A DNA stretch of 64,000 nucleotides. Origin: Psammoneis japonica. Its lineage: Eukaryota. The stretch lies in contig QPGO01000008.1 in the NCBI GenBank assembly GCA_008632985.1, positions 414,979-478,978 on the forward strand. Reading direction: 5' to 3'. Below the pieces are notes generated by a model. That model ran no database searches, had not been told where the DNA came from, and worked only from the letters and a program-made list of their open reading frames with translations. Positions 47,908 to 60,664 of the stretch are shown here, piece after piece. Both the position numbers and the translations under genes were made by a program. How positions within the stretch are numbered: position 1 is the stretch's first letter; each line of letters starts with the position of its first letter.

Positions 47908-49250
47908 TGCTGCAAGCGCACTGGAGCACCTTGATTGTCTGTGGGAACCTTGGGCTGTTCATCCTCCTTCTCAGCAAGGAAGGCTTCTCAAGCAGAGTGA
48001 TCTGCTGGGTGTGGCAGTGTGCGGGCAAGGCCTTCTGCTCCCACCAAACTGTGAGATGACCAAGCATTTTCCAGATGCACTTGCTCCTTCTTGGCGTGCC
48101 AATGTCTCTGCTGCAGCAGGTGAATTTCACATTTTGCAAAACTTCTTCCTGGCCCAATTCTGTGAGCCAAAAGACCTGAGCCCAGCTGCTGTCCCACCAA
48201 CAACTCCAAGAACATTCCAGCGGTCCCAGAGTGCAGTGTGCTGGAGAATGCCAAGAAAGGCTTTCTTGGAGAACTTGACTGGCAGCCAGCCACTGCCCAG
48301 GAAGTTTCAAAGGAGAGCACAAATCCTTTCATGAGTGGGCAGCAAAGAAGACTGAAAAGTGGGCCTCAGTCTCATCCAGCAGGAACTCACCAAGACATCT
48401 GCTCATGGCCCACAGACAGCCTGTGCCAGTCTGCAGAAGTCTTTGCAGCATGAGGATGTCCAACACACACAGCAAAGGACTGCGGTGACTGTTTTGCCAA
48501 TGTGGAAAATGGGATTAAGTGTCAATTCCTGCCAACACTTTTGGGAGAAACCCTGGTGGATGATGACCTGAGACTGGCCCTTGCCACCCCACCAATCAAA
48601 TTTGAAGGACTGTCTGTCCAATGTCTCCAGCTGAGTGTTTGCAAAGCAGAGCTTTGAAGCAAGCACTCTCACATGTTTGCACATGATTTGCTCACTTCAT
48701 GACCACTCACAATTCACCACAGCTGTCCACAAGGACATGATGCATGAGGTGAGGACAGCAGCAGCTGAAAGGAGCCAAAAAGCATGAGGACGCACTCAAA
48801 TCTGTCCTCTGCACTCTGCCTGAAGTTGACGCTTGCGCAGCACCAAAACTGGTGCTTGGTCTGGAGATGGTGATCATGGAGATCTTTTAGCCAAAGACTT
48901 GTGGGAATGGAGCACAGACACAATCATGGATGTTGGAGCAGCTGATGCTGATGTGCCATCCCATGTGTCCAAGACAGCCAAACAAGTCCTGCTGGATCAT
49001 GAAAAGGAGAAGAAGCACAAGTGTCTCAAGCCATGCCTGCTTGAGCAACACCATCATTTTTTGCCTGTTGTGGTTTCATACGATGGTCTGATTGGCAAGG
49101 AGGCTCAAGCCATCCTGCATCAGACAGCCAGAAAGATTTCGAACAAGTGGCAGAAGCCCTGTTCTGAAGTGTGTGGCTTTGTCAATTCAAGATGATTCAG
49201 CATTGCAATGGAAATTCGCGCGCGAAACTCAGTGCCGTGGTCGCACATGT
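47908..49250 (+). mobile_element. 3' part of the same CRE-like element (RT core, CCHC region, restriction-like endonuclease)
   Basis: HWSTLIVCG..LLSKEG, QSDLLGVAVCG (QGDPLG..YG), WRANVSAAAG (WYADDSAAAG), GDLLAKDLW...IMDV...HEKEKKHKCL..C....HFLPVVVSYDGLIGKEA...KWQKPCSEVCG. Confidence 0.85.
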
Positions 49251-49309
49251 CCCTTACTACATAAATAAATCAAATCCTCCTTTTCTCTATCTGCAGCAGG
49301 GCCCCACTT

Positions 49310-49440
49310 CTATCCTCTACTCTCTCTCTCTCTACTAGCTGCTCTCTCTCTAGAGAGAGAGAGAGAGAGTAGAGAGAGGGCCTGCGAATAGCTAGAGTAG
49401 ACCTACCATACCCTGGTACAGAGCCCTAGCTAGCTAGAAT
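49310..49440. repeat. TAG/CTA and (CT)n/(AG)n palindromic tract at right border of block 2
   Basis: ctactctctctctctctactagctgctctctctctagagagagagagagagagtagagagag. Confidence 0.8.
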
Positions 49441-49766
49441 CCTCTCTGCGGCACAAGCACTAGATTTTTTGATGGCACACGTCCCGTTGGTGGCCTGAGA
49501 ATGCTCATACGGCATCATTGCAAAGCCATGCATACGTGGCGGTTGTGCTGAGGTTCTGGTGGTAGTAATGTAAGGAGCTCCTCATCAATTCTCGTTTAGA
49601 GGCTAGCGACTGCGGTAGCTACAGCAGTATTTCAAATCAAACAGCAAGCGCAATTTTTTCATATTGAAGAAGCCACATGCACTAAAATATATTACAAAGA
49701 ACAGAGACAAATGAAAACGAAGAGGCGTCGCACGTCACACCGCAGAATTGAGTGGTATTGCAATTT

Positions 49767-50357
49767 TTAGGGAGCACCGCAGCAGAAGAAAATGTCAGCA
49801 AGCGCCGAGCTGGAGGGAGACTCCCTTGTGCTTGAGTCCCTAGTGTCTTTCGATGGAGCTTCGTTCACGGTGTCGAGTCGCTCTTCAGGACGAGGTGACT
49901 TCCCGTGCGAAGGCTCCAAGTCTCTCGGCATGTGGTCATCTTCCATGGGAGCCGTCGGTTGAGGGTGTTTTGCTGATGGTTTATCCTCGTGGGCCGCTTT
50001 CTTCTTTCGCCAGCTTCGAGTCTTTTTCTCTTTCACCGACTTTTCCTTGGCCGCTTTCGGAAGCGTGTCGGCTTCGGATTTCTGAGAGCGCTTAAAAAGT
50101 CTGTTTCAACAAATGACAAGGCACGGATTGACGAGGCATAAAAAAAATATTAGAATACCGGGAAAGAGAAAAGCTTGCTGCACTGCGATTGGTCGTTTTT
50201 ACAATGTAGAATCCTTGTTTTCATCATCAGCGTCAAAATCATCCTTCCGAATCCTGAATTCCGGGCACGAAGACAAAGAGGAAAACCAAACACATAATCG
50301 AAACCAGACAATCGCTTTCCCCATAAATTGCATGACGCGCAATCAGACTTACTTCAT
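49767..50357 (-). CDS. small hydrophilic protein ending FFCCGAP, complement(join(49767..50100,50203..50253,50353..50357))
   Basis: GT-AG introns give a 129-aa frame; C-terminal di-Cys suggests lipidation; exon model tentative. Confidence 0.45.
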
Positions 50358-50953
50358 GTGTTTTTGGATGATGTAAAACTAGCGCAACTCTTGATAGAAT
50401 TGTGTGTATTAATACAGTAGGGACGATGATGAAAAATCAAAATGATCTCAACTTTTCACACCAAGACATAAAGTGACACTTTCTGCTTTCAACGCTTCAA
50501 GGATTCGGATTACAGTAAGGTTACAGTAGGGCCCCTAGCTAGAGTAGTATTATCAAATGGTCGCTTTCAAACATATGTTGATTTAGGAATATCGAACATA
50601 AGGGTACGAATACGTCATAAATTTATCCTTTATTCAGGATGTAAGGTAAAATTTCAATAGTACTGAATTTGACGTTCGTGACAAAGTAGAAAAGACATTC
50701 GGAGACTGGCATCGCTCGCCAACTTCTCATTGGCGACTGGAAATGCCAATCGCCGATGCATCGGATTCAGGATGACGAACGATACTGTAAGATGCGCAGT
50801 ATTAGACAGCAGGTTGGTCCTGTGTGTTGTTGTACAAGAGCACATGCATTCTATTCTGCTGTCCCACTTTGAAAACTGACTGTAATACCATTGGAAGTCA
50901 GAAGCTCTGACGGCGAAGCGTATCTTTTCCAAGAGCTGGCGAAAAACGACACG

Positions 50954-52947
50954 ATGCGACCAAAGATGAGGAACAAGACATCGGAGATGATGGCAAAGGT
51001 TGACGACAAACTAGCAAAAGCTTCGACAGAAACTGTGAATTACGAAATTACGATTGACGGCCCAACAAAAACAGAAAGGAAACCGGCTGCAGCAGACGGT
51101 GAAAGAGCGACAAAGGTGGCAAACGACGACCAGCTGGTTAGTAATTTCACGGGAGAATCAAGCTTTACCGAGCGAGAAAGTCACCACACAGAGGAGAGTG
51201 ATACGAAAAAAGAAGACTTCGATCAAGATCTAAGAGCCAAACACACCGTTGCATGCAAACACATGAAGGTGAGGTTATGGGGTGATTCATACTTTTGGAG
51301 CGATGTAAATTATTCAATCTGAGTGTTGCTGTGTTCTCTTCTCTCGACTTACGAACACTAGCATGGTGAGTTTGAACTCGCGCTGAAAGAGTTTGAATCC
51401 ATCTTGGCAGCAATTTACAAGCTGTACGGCAACGTACACTATCGGGTCGGCGCTGCATTACATAATGTTGGGATTGCGAACTTGCGGGCTGGAAGACTAG
51501 AGGATGCGATGGACGCCATTGAAGAGGCTGTTCGGATCCGGAAATTGACGTTAGGAAATGAAGACCCAAAGGTTGCGGTAAGGCTATTTTCAGAAATGAA
51601 ACATGGAACCATCTCTTGTGTTTGTGTCTAGTGATTTACCCTTTTCTTTTCGTATTTCGAACTTGGCAATAGGACTCTTTGGTTGAACTCGGCATCGTCT
51701 GTTATCCATGAAAGAGTATTCAGACGCATTAGAGATTTTTTATGAAGCGCTGGAGCTGCGAGAAGTCGAGCAAGACGATGCTCTTCATCCAGATGATGTT
51801 GAGACGACAATGAAAATTGCCAAGGTTCTCAATAACAGTGAGTGATCCCTCATGAATATTTCTCAATGGTTGTGACTGGCCAGCGTCACTGATCAATGTT
51901 GTTATCGATTTGTTGCTTTTCTGTGCAGTCGGTTGCGTCAACTTTGAACGCGGGAATTTCGGGGAAGCGCATAAAGTATTTAAAAAAGCAGTCAGCAAAC
52001 AACGGGATGCGCTCGGCGATTTTCAATCTTACGATGGAACAACTCCGACACCTGGCGTTTTGTCAATGGCAACTACCATGTGCAACATGGGTAAGTGTCA
52101 CTCGTGAAAGCCCTAGCAGTGTGTGCTAATAATGGAATGCTACTTCGCACAGGTACCTCATTTTGTGTCTTTGCAACAGGCTATGTGCTTTTGGAGCGCA
52201 CTGAGTTCACGGAGGCATCCAAAATCTTTGAAGAATCTCTAGAGGTATGTGCATCCTAGTCGTATTTATTGACTGGAACCATGCGTTTATTTCCACTCTG
52301 TCTTCGAAGCGCAATTCTAAACCTTCTGTCGTTGCAGATTCAGAAATGTTTTCTTGGAGCCGATAACAAGCTCATTTTGAACACCCTAGACAATCTGGGT
52401 TTCTCTTATGCCATGAAGCATTCTTACGAAAAGGCCTTGAAGGTACGGCGTGTACGCACTGTCAACAACTATCTTGCTTCCCGCCGACCCCGAATATTTC
52501 CCATGTTTTCTTATGCTGTTCCTTCCTTCATACTCAGGTCTATGAGGCTTTGCTCGCAAACCAACAAAAGTCGTACGAGGAAACCCAATTGAATTGTGCT
52601 TCTACTCTGCGGAACTCGTGTACGTTCGTATTAAATTGCAGCAGTATGAAGAGTGTCTCAGGGACTTGTGCTTGTTGGAAGATATCCAGTTGGAAAACTT
52701 CGGGCCTGATAGTCAGCAACTGATTCAAACACAAGAACTTATGGGTCAAGTCAACTACGAAGTCTTGAAGTTTCCTTCATTTGCTGAGTCGATTGCAAGA
52801 TCATTCAAGGGTCTTCGTTTTCTCGGTAGTGCATGTACTAGTGGTCGGGACGATTTGGAGAATGATGCAATCGACCTTCGAGAGTGGTCCCCACAAAAAC
52901 CAGTTAACAACAGCAAGATGTCCGGACACAGGGTTACCTATGCATGA
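50954..52947 (+). CDS. 7-exon TPR-repeat protein (exons ~50954-51268, 51362-51577, 51673-51837, 51929-52090, 52180-52244, 52338-52442, 52538-52947), two apparent 1-nt deletions
   Basis: HYRVGAALHNVGIANL...AIEEAVRIRK.TLG.EDPKVA, KIAKVLNNIGCVNF, LNTLDNLGFSYA; canonical splice sites; frame slips near 51698 and 52612. Confidence 0.75.
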
Positions 52948-53874
52948 CCAACGGGCGCTGGTCTCTCAGTAGCTCTTCTTTATTTAGAAGTTCTATCTAA
53001 CTAACATATCACGGTAGAGTTTCGTCCGCCACTTTACAGAGAGAGTGAAGAAGTGAAGCAACAATGCCCTAGGTGGAGGAGAATGTCAATTCTAGAGAAA
53101 TAAAAGCAGATCTAGTTTATATGCTTCCACTCCATCCATTGCCAGCTAAGCCGGCGATGGTTAACCCACACTCCCAGTACATTACAAATAATGCGGCAGG
53201 AGCTGACAGAAGAGCAGTGCCCGTAGTGCAACATTGCCAGTCACAGTCCACTTCGATCGACTGTATTCCCTGTTCCCTGCGGCACCAATTCTGGATGTGT
53301 GCTCGCTGCCGTCAGCAAACACAAAAGCGCCCAGGTTCGCGGCTTGCCGGAAATGTCGTGTCTACGATTGGGACTGTATCCGATATGTCAAACCTAGAGG
53401 TGCGACGTTGGGAGTAGGCTGGGCAATAATGTATGAGATGTCGTCCTCGAATTCTAAACCCGTTTTTAGAACTCCACATTACTACACGATTCTCTACGAC
53501 TAACATCTTGGGTAGCTTTATCACGACAGAGAATACCATGCATCCACAGTGTCTTATGCAAAAATAGTGAATGACTTCGACGGAATGAAAAGGGAATGAC
53601 TGACTCTCCAAGAAGAAGCATAGAAGCTGTTTTACATATAATAGTTTTTTCGGGATGACAAGACTGAAAGAGAAACAGACAAAATATTTTGGGCATATGT
53701 CTGAAATTTGTTAATGGAGGGCCTATTTCTCGCTAGCATGTTTAGTCACGATGACCGTGGCACTTTACTGCTTCACCCTTTACCGGCATGCATCATCCAC
53801 CCTTCCATTCAGGAAGGAATGACGAGAGGAAACGATTCACCCGCTAGACGATACAAGACCACCTGCTCTCCACT

Positions 53875-56800
53875 ATGTTTCGCCGCAAGAAACAGCACGT
53901 CGATGTCAAGGTATCCAACAGCAGTGCAGGAGGAACTGGCGGTCGCCTTTTTCAGCGACAGAAGACGTCGTCTCGTCACACACCAGAGGACAGCAACTCG
54001 TTCCAACACAGTGGAGGCGCAAAGAAAGTTTCGAACAATTCCCAAGAACCTTCAAAAGAAAGGGTGCGTTTAGATTTCTGGTTCAGCCAAAACAACAAGA
54101 CCAACGCCAAAGTGCACAGCACTGAAGGTGATGGAATGATTATACCACCTGCCAAGTCTGGGAACCGTGACAGTTTCTTTAAGAAGCTAGACGAACTGGA
54201 GGAGAGGTCTCTCCACTCTACCAGCAAGCGAAGGGAGCGGCTACTATCAGATACCGATGCGTCACGGTTAGATCTCTGTCAGCTCATCGTAAGACGAGAA
54301 TGGAAGCGAGCGTTGGAGAAGCTCAAGGCAAACCCTGCCGCTGCGAAGAAACAGAAGAAGATGTCTTTAAGAGGTCTCGGCGTTACCACAGCACTTCCTA
54401 TACATTTGGCGGTGACAAAGAAACCTCCTGTGAGTTCTAATAGAAAACATCGTGCAAGCTGCCCTTGACTTCGCATCGTAGCTCTTATCCTTCTAAAAAA
54501 TCTTACAATTCCTTTTTATTCGAACATCCCAGGGAGATTTCATCGACGAATTGATTCGCGCTTACCCAAATGGTCCCAAACAGCCCGACAAGCAATGGAA
54601 ACGACTTCCAATCCACATTGGCTGCATATGCGATACAGGTGCACACATATTGCAGATTCTCTTGGACGCACATCCATTGTCCTTGCGAGTCGTCGATCAG
54701 GCCGAAGGACGCGTACCTTTGCACTATGTGTGCCGTTATGGTTCTCCGTATGAAATCTCCCTACTAATGAATGCCAAGAAAGAGGCTCTCCGAGTCAAAG
54801 ACAAACACGGTAAAACACCAGTCGATTTGGCTAGAGAGAATCCTAATGAGCATAGGGACACGATCGTGAGGAGATTAGAAAATACACTTCGTTCCATGGG
54901 TGTTGCAAGCAGCCATACAAGGCGACAAAGCAGAAACGCATTGAGGTCAAATGCCGCTGCCGTTGCTTCCGCGTCAAGCATCTCCGTGGCTTCATCCTCT
55001 GCATCTCCTGTTCGGAGACGTCCGCCGCCACCGAAGCGATCACGCTCCATTGATTCTCTTGCAACGCCAGACGAGCCTCTACCTCCTCCACCTACCGGAA
55101 ACTTCTTCCGCGAGGAAGCGTATAACTCCACTTTGTTTAATAACTTGGACTTCAACAACAGTCTCACTTTGGAGGAAGTGCAGGCGATATCACTCATGGA
55201 ATACCAGGAATCTCAACGACTGCAGAGTTCAACCTCTCCTGATTTGGATCCAACAGAATCCTCAATGGGTATTTCCGAGCAGGAGCACCATCGCAGTATT
55301 ACATTCAGAGATGAAGTGCTACAGAGTTCACTAACGGCCCCTGGACAGTCGCACAGCATTGAAGATGACGAGGCACTTGCCAGGACGCTGCAGGAATCGC
55401 TGAACAGCACGGAACGCACACAAAATACCCAGAGAGGTACCACAGTATCATCGATCTTAAGGAACGGTACCTCGACTTTTGACAAGTCCATTCAAAGCGT
55501 CGACAGCCTACAATGGATCACATGGATTCGGCGCCAGCAACCACCCCGCCTCGTGGTTCGATGCAGAATTCTCTTGACAAACTCAACGAGGCCGCCCCAG
55601 ATGAAGAAAGAAGTGACTCGTCAGACGAGGCAGTGGATCCAAGTAGCTTTCACAATTCTTTGAATATGATCTCACTTACCTCGGGTGCCATAGATATCTC
55701 GGCAGAGAATTGCGCTTCGACCGTCAGTACAGAGAAACACAGAAACGGGGCTGCCACTCAAAGAGATGCCGTGGATCCCACACTGACAGCAGAAGATATT
55801 CATGAGCCGGTTAAGACTGTGGCAGTGGCGGAGAGTTCGCTGTCAACGAGTAATGCAACGCAGTCGTCTGAAGATACTGGCAGGGCTGTAGTGCACGCCT
55901 CCAATGCTGGGTCTTCTTCTGGGGGGCTCGCGTCAGTAGCTGGCTCAATGGCAAACGATACAACTGCTGAAACGACCAACCGGAATATCTGAAAGAAGGG
56001 GACAGTCCAGAACCTACTGTGCGAGACACTCCTCAAAGTGTTCGTGCCAGATCGGAAGAATTAAGTTCCGATGAAAACAAAGCAAAAGACGCCAAGTCGA
56101 CCAGAAGCTCTCCTGTTCGCAACTCAAGTCACCGCCGTCCCCGCCAGTTAAATTTGGAAGACTCTGACGATGACATGCAACCCCGTTCTCGCAAACCAGT
56201 ACCGCCGAAAAACTTCAAGAAGCCGCAGAACAGGTCGCGAGCCCATCCTTCTGATGCACCGAGTGTTATTTCTCGCGTTGGTGATAATTCCAATGCTCAA
56301 GTTGCAAGAAGCTCTGAATCAAGCGTGGGAAGAAGCAATTCTGCCAGACCATACAGAAATTCGTATGACTACGACTCTCCTGCCAAGTCGCCACTCAAAT
56401 GGGCAGAAGTGGCAGTGGGATCCGCGGACGTTCCAACCTTTTCTTCTTCTTCTCATGCTCGGAACCTCACGAGTCTCATGATCGACGTACCACCACCTCC
56501 TGTAGACTATGCACCTCCGCTAGGACATGACTCACGTGAGAGAATGTCTCTACAGAACTCTTTGCTGGGTTCTTTTCGGGATTTAGCCTCTGATACTTCC
56601 TCCCATCAATCGGAACTATTTGATATTCCTCGCGATCCGAACGAAGAAGTATTGTTCAAGGAGATGGAGGAACAGGGAAAAGCCCTAGAAGAGAAAGACT
56701 CTGAGCTTTCTCAGCTAGAAATGCACATGAAAAACCTCGATTTGCGACGGCAGGCGCTATCACAAGAACGCGAGTATGTGCAACAGAGTGCCAAGGACAA

Positions 56801-57107
56801 GGAAGCCAAAGCTAAGGCGTCCCGCGAGAAAGTGTCCAGACTGGAACTAGAACTCCAGAGACTTGTATCTGAACTTGAAGTCGAGAAAAAGGAGTTGGAG
56901 TTAGCGGAGAGTGGCGCAAAGGTGCACATGGAGACACTAGCGGAGAACGAAGAGCGGATAAATGCAACCCATGCAGAGCGGGAAGCTCTTATATCTATCC
57001 GTTCCAATCTGTTACAGGAACGATCTGTCATGATGAGTAAGCTTGAAAGCACACGAAACGACATTAAGTCCAAATGGGCACGAGGTAGTGTTACCAAACT
57101 ACTGTAA
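53875..57107 (+). CDS. ankyrin-repeat protein with disordered middle and C-terminal coiled coil, join(53875..54429,54533..57107), frame slips near 55510 and 55990
   Basis: LPIHLAV, LPIHIGC, GRVPLHYVC, DKHGKTPVDLAR ankyrin motifs; UIM-like EDDEALARTLQES; heptad-rich C-terminus. Confidence 0.75.
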
Positions 57108-57125
57108 CAAATTCATAAATTGAAT

Positions 57126-57189
57126 TCTACGCGTTGCATGCTATGCAATAGTAATCCTCTACGTGTTGTATGCTATGTAATAGTAATCC
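57126..57189. repeat. 32-bp tandem duplication
   Basis: tctacgcgttgcatgctatgcaatagtaatcc / tctacgtgttgtatgctatgtaatagtaatcc. Confidence 0.9.
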
Positions 57190-57346
57190 TTCGGCATTCT
57201 CTGGAGCGACACTACTCTAGATGTAGCTAGAATTTAGTTGAGAGCTAAGATTTCGGTCCGAATTGGAAGCAAAAAGAAGCATTAAGAAATCGCAAATGCT
57301 CGTTATGATGTTTGCAGATGTTCAGGGTAAGAAGCCACGTGACTTA

Positions 57347-58852
57347 TCATTCCATCCATGTGATTTCCCCAGCAAGAAGCGTGTGACTTGGCAATGAACC
57401 GGCACAAGGACTTAGCAAATGGACGGTGTCGGTATCCGTTATTACTTTTTCCACGACCACAAACCCCGCCACACCAGCTTCATACAGATCGCTCGGTCTT
57501 CCACTAGCTTCGTAGGCCTCAACAGCAGCCGGATGGCAAACGGCCAACAGCATGTGTTGTAGTTGCTCCGATACCGTGACCTGCTGTAGCTGCACCGGGT
57601 CCGTCGATTGCTTGGATGACACGGGCAAGAGAGACGCCGAAAGAGCAACAGAGGACAATTTGTAGCACGTCAAATCTCCAACTTGTACATGAAGGGCAAA
57701 TGGCGTTAGCTGGTGAACAATGCTCTTTTGCTGCTTTTCATCTGTGTTCTTGACAATGAAGTCTCCATAAAAGTATCGTTTCATCTCGAGAGACCGAGAT
57801 TGTCGACAAAAGGTTGCATCCCGTGATACAACCCCGCCAGAACGAGGTAACTTGATAATTTTCGGAGCTGCATCTTTTGCTTCCTGTTTTGCAAAGTGGC
57901 TAGTCATCATGCTGTACAGTCGATCGTGCCCCAAAATCAAAACGACAGAAATTTCCAACGCCTGGACGGCGTGAAGCAAAAGCTCATATCCATCGTTCTG
58001 AATCCACCCATTTGTGTTGCAAACAATGCCACTAGCGCGCGCATCAACGTCGGTTTTCAGTCTTGCATTGATAGTTCTCCCGAGAGCAGTGACTTGGGCT
58101 TTGTACAAGTCAATGTTATCTTCTAACGAAGTCGAGCCATACCATAGAACATAAGGGGTGGTATTCGAAAGAATGCCGGGTGACGCAAATGATTCGACAG
58201 AAACTGCCGAACGTGTCATGGGTGCCACTGCGAGCGTTCCCGGAACAGCCAAATTGTTATCCGCTGGATCCAAGTCGACCCACAACGGAGTCCTGCCTAA
58301 TTTAACAGCTGTGGCAATTGTGAATCAAAAGCGTCAGGCACAAACTACCGACAAACTTCTGACCAAGTCCCACAATTTACGCACCATAAGCAACAAGAAC
58401 ACGAACTAGAGCAGATTTTCCACATTCAGTAGGCCCTACAACAAGAACACGCGGTCCATCCGCAGATGCTGCAAGGGCTTCGTCGCGGAGAGCTTCGAGT
58501 TGAGCATGCGTGTTAACGTGCGCCACGTTAACGTTCGTTTCGTCGCTTGTGTAGACATGTCGAGCTTATCGCAGTCGACATCCACGACGCATCCATGCCA
58601 TGTGAACAGAGCAAACTTGGTACCGCCCACCAGAGTATAGTCACGGTTCAACGCCAATTCCGCTCCGCACACTTCGCAACTTCCTTTTTGCAGGCGAATT
58701 GTACACGTAGTGTTGGAAGAAGATCCGTGCGGCACCTCTAATCGTAATTCTGTTTCGGCACTCAACGTATGTCGTTCGCCTTGAGGTGGAGGGAGAGTAG
58801 ATTCACCTGCACTCATTGTGCCACCGGCACCGCTGGCTATTGGTTCCATCAT
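57347..58852 (-). CDS. CLP1: polyribonucleotide 5'-hydroxyl kinase / cleavage factor Clp1, complement(join(57347..58308,58385..58852)), 1-nt slip near 58555
   Basis: ETELRLEV, ALFTWHGC, GPRVLVVGPTECGKS (Walker A), VDLDP, SGIVCNTNGW, LPRSGGVVSR, YFYG. Confidence 0.9.
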
Positions 58853-59059
58853 GGTGTCGCCTACCGGTACTCGACTTGGTGCTTGATGCATGCCGCGCTT
58901 CGTGGTTCGTTGTTTGGGGTCACTCCTCATCGTTCATAAAACAATTGATACACCTTGATACGCCTTGCGCCACTTATGTAGGTACGATAGATACTTCTAC
59001 TTACGCTGATACGCCTTGTGCGTGCCCAGGTGTGCCAAAAAAATCAGAGCAAAACGATG

Positions 59060-59115
59060 GAGAGTAGGCCCCTATAGCTCGACCGGACCTCGCCTGCTCT
59101 AGTCTTAGAGAGCTC
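59060..59115. repeat. short TAG/CTA-rich tract at left border of block 3
   Basis: gagagtaggcccctatagctc...ctctagtcttagagagctc. Confidence 0.4.
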
Positions 59116-59119
59116 ACGA

Positions 59120-60530
59120 CTCCAAGTTGACTGAGTTGCTGTTGTCAGTCATCAGACGTTAGAGCGGAGGTCGTTGCCTGCTCTTGCTGTTGCTTGCGGT
59201 TGTTGGTGCTGTTTCTGGCTAGAGATGTGGTGCTCTACACTGACTGTAAACTGTGAGTTGAAAGGAGTGCATCAGACTGGTGTGTTTTGTTCAAAGCCTC
59301 AGGGTGGGTTGTCGCTCAAAATCAAATGGCCAAGGTCAGCCACGACAGTTGGCAAGCAGGCATTTTCCAACTTCCAACATTATTGAATGTGCTTCATCAG
59401 AAGGAATGTCAAAGCTCTGCACACATTACCTCACTTCCTCTCATGTCCTTGATGTCTCCGTTGCTTCTTCCAATCTGCGCACCCGGAGAAAAAAAGAGAC
59501 AAGCCTGCGCCAAGCAGAGCAGCCATCCCTTCTCCTGGGAGCCAAGTCAGTTCTCTTGATTGCAGGTGACTGGGTCCAGCTTGGCAGACATGTCCGTGGT
59601 GACAGGTTTGATGAGCTTGTTGGCCAAGAAGTTTTTTGTCGCCATCCAACGGAAGTCTTCTTGCTCTTTGGCCAGCAAGACGTGCAATTTCAGTGGCTTC
59701 TTGTTGGCTCAAATGGGTGTGGCATGGGCTCTGGTGACACTTTCAGTGCTGGTGAAAAAACTGATCATGGTTGCAGTTTTGATTTTCAATTTTGGTCCAA
59801 GGCACAGCTTGGTCTGTTCTCAGACAAAATTTCCATGAAGTGATGCAGGCCTGGCGCCTGCATGATGTGCCTCAGCATCAACCTGCAATCTTTGTGCTGC
59901 ACTCATGCTGAATTTGGGAATTGACCAGCTGTGTGCAATGCATCTCAGCAGACGTGCGAGTGTGGTGCTGGTGCCACACTCAAAGCACAATGCACAAAGA
60001 GGAAAGGGGTGGCCTGCCTGCTGTCTGAACAGTCAGATCCACTGCAGCAAAGTGGATTGAGAATCTCAGTGATTCCGCCTCCAGCTTTTCCAAAGCCATG
60101 GGCAAGAAGGAAGCAAGTAACTGTGCCATTGAACTGGTGAAGAGCTTTGTTGGTGCACACGAGAACAAGTTGTTCACACAGACAAAGCCTTCCTGGAAAG
60201 TTTAGTCAAACCAAAACTCACAGCAGCCAAGGCAAGGAGAGCTTCCAAAAAGTAGAAGGAAAGTGTCATCAAGATTAGCAACACCATGTGGAGAATTATG
60301 AAGGAGTTGGACGAAGGGTCAATCCCACATTGTGATGCATGGGGTTGAATTGTTGAGACCAACAAGTCAATTACGTGAAGAGAGGATCATTGTCAGGGCA
60401 CTGCGGTCTATGATGTTTCGAACATGCTTGTCATTTCAGCCTTGTTGTTGAAATCGGTTTGGTGAGGGCGTTGCGGCTCCCAGAGTCCCCATCCACGATT
60501 ACCTGACTGTCCTTGAAATCTGGATGACAC
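59120..60530. mobile_element. hypermutated block 3 (less complete TA/CG loss), origin unidentified
   Basis: TG/CA-rich with few TA and CG, between CLP1 promoter and IMP4 3' end. Confidence 0.6.
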
Positions 60531-60664
60531 GAATTGCTACGAGTCGCCACCTGCATTAGTTTGCCCCTACTTGATACTGCTACTCAACATGCCTAAGTCT
60601 TCACTCTACCATAGTCTTGGTTTGCATTAGGTACTGCGATTTCCCTCGAGTGTCGTTATCTAGG

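Larger units (their letters stand above)
39690..49250. mobile_element. hypermutated repeat block 2
   Basis: same TA/CG depletion and TG/CA excess; holds a split non-LTR element and a nested insertion. Confidence 0.85.

Noticed and set aside
51690..58560. Frameshifts in the TPR gene (~51698, ~52612), ankyrin gene (~55510, ~55990) and CLP1 (~58555) as programmed frameshifting or pseudogenes
   Set aside because: The ones I could resolve are 1-nt deletions at short homopolymer-like sites in otherwise intact genes, including normally essential CLP1. No slippery heptamers are present, so consensus errors are most likely; read remapping would confirm.
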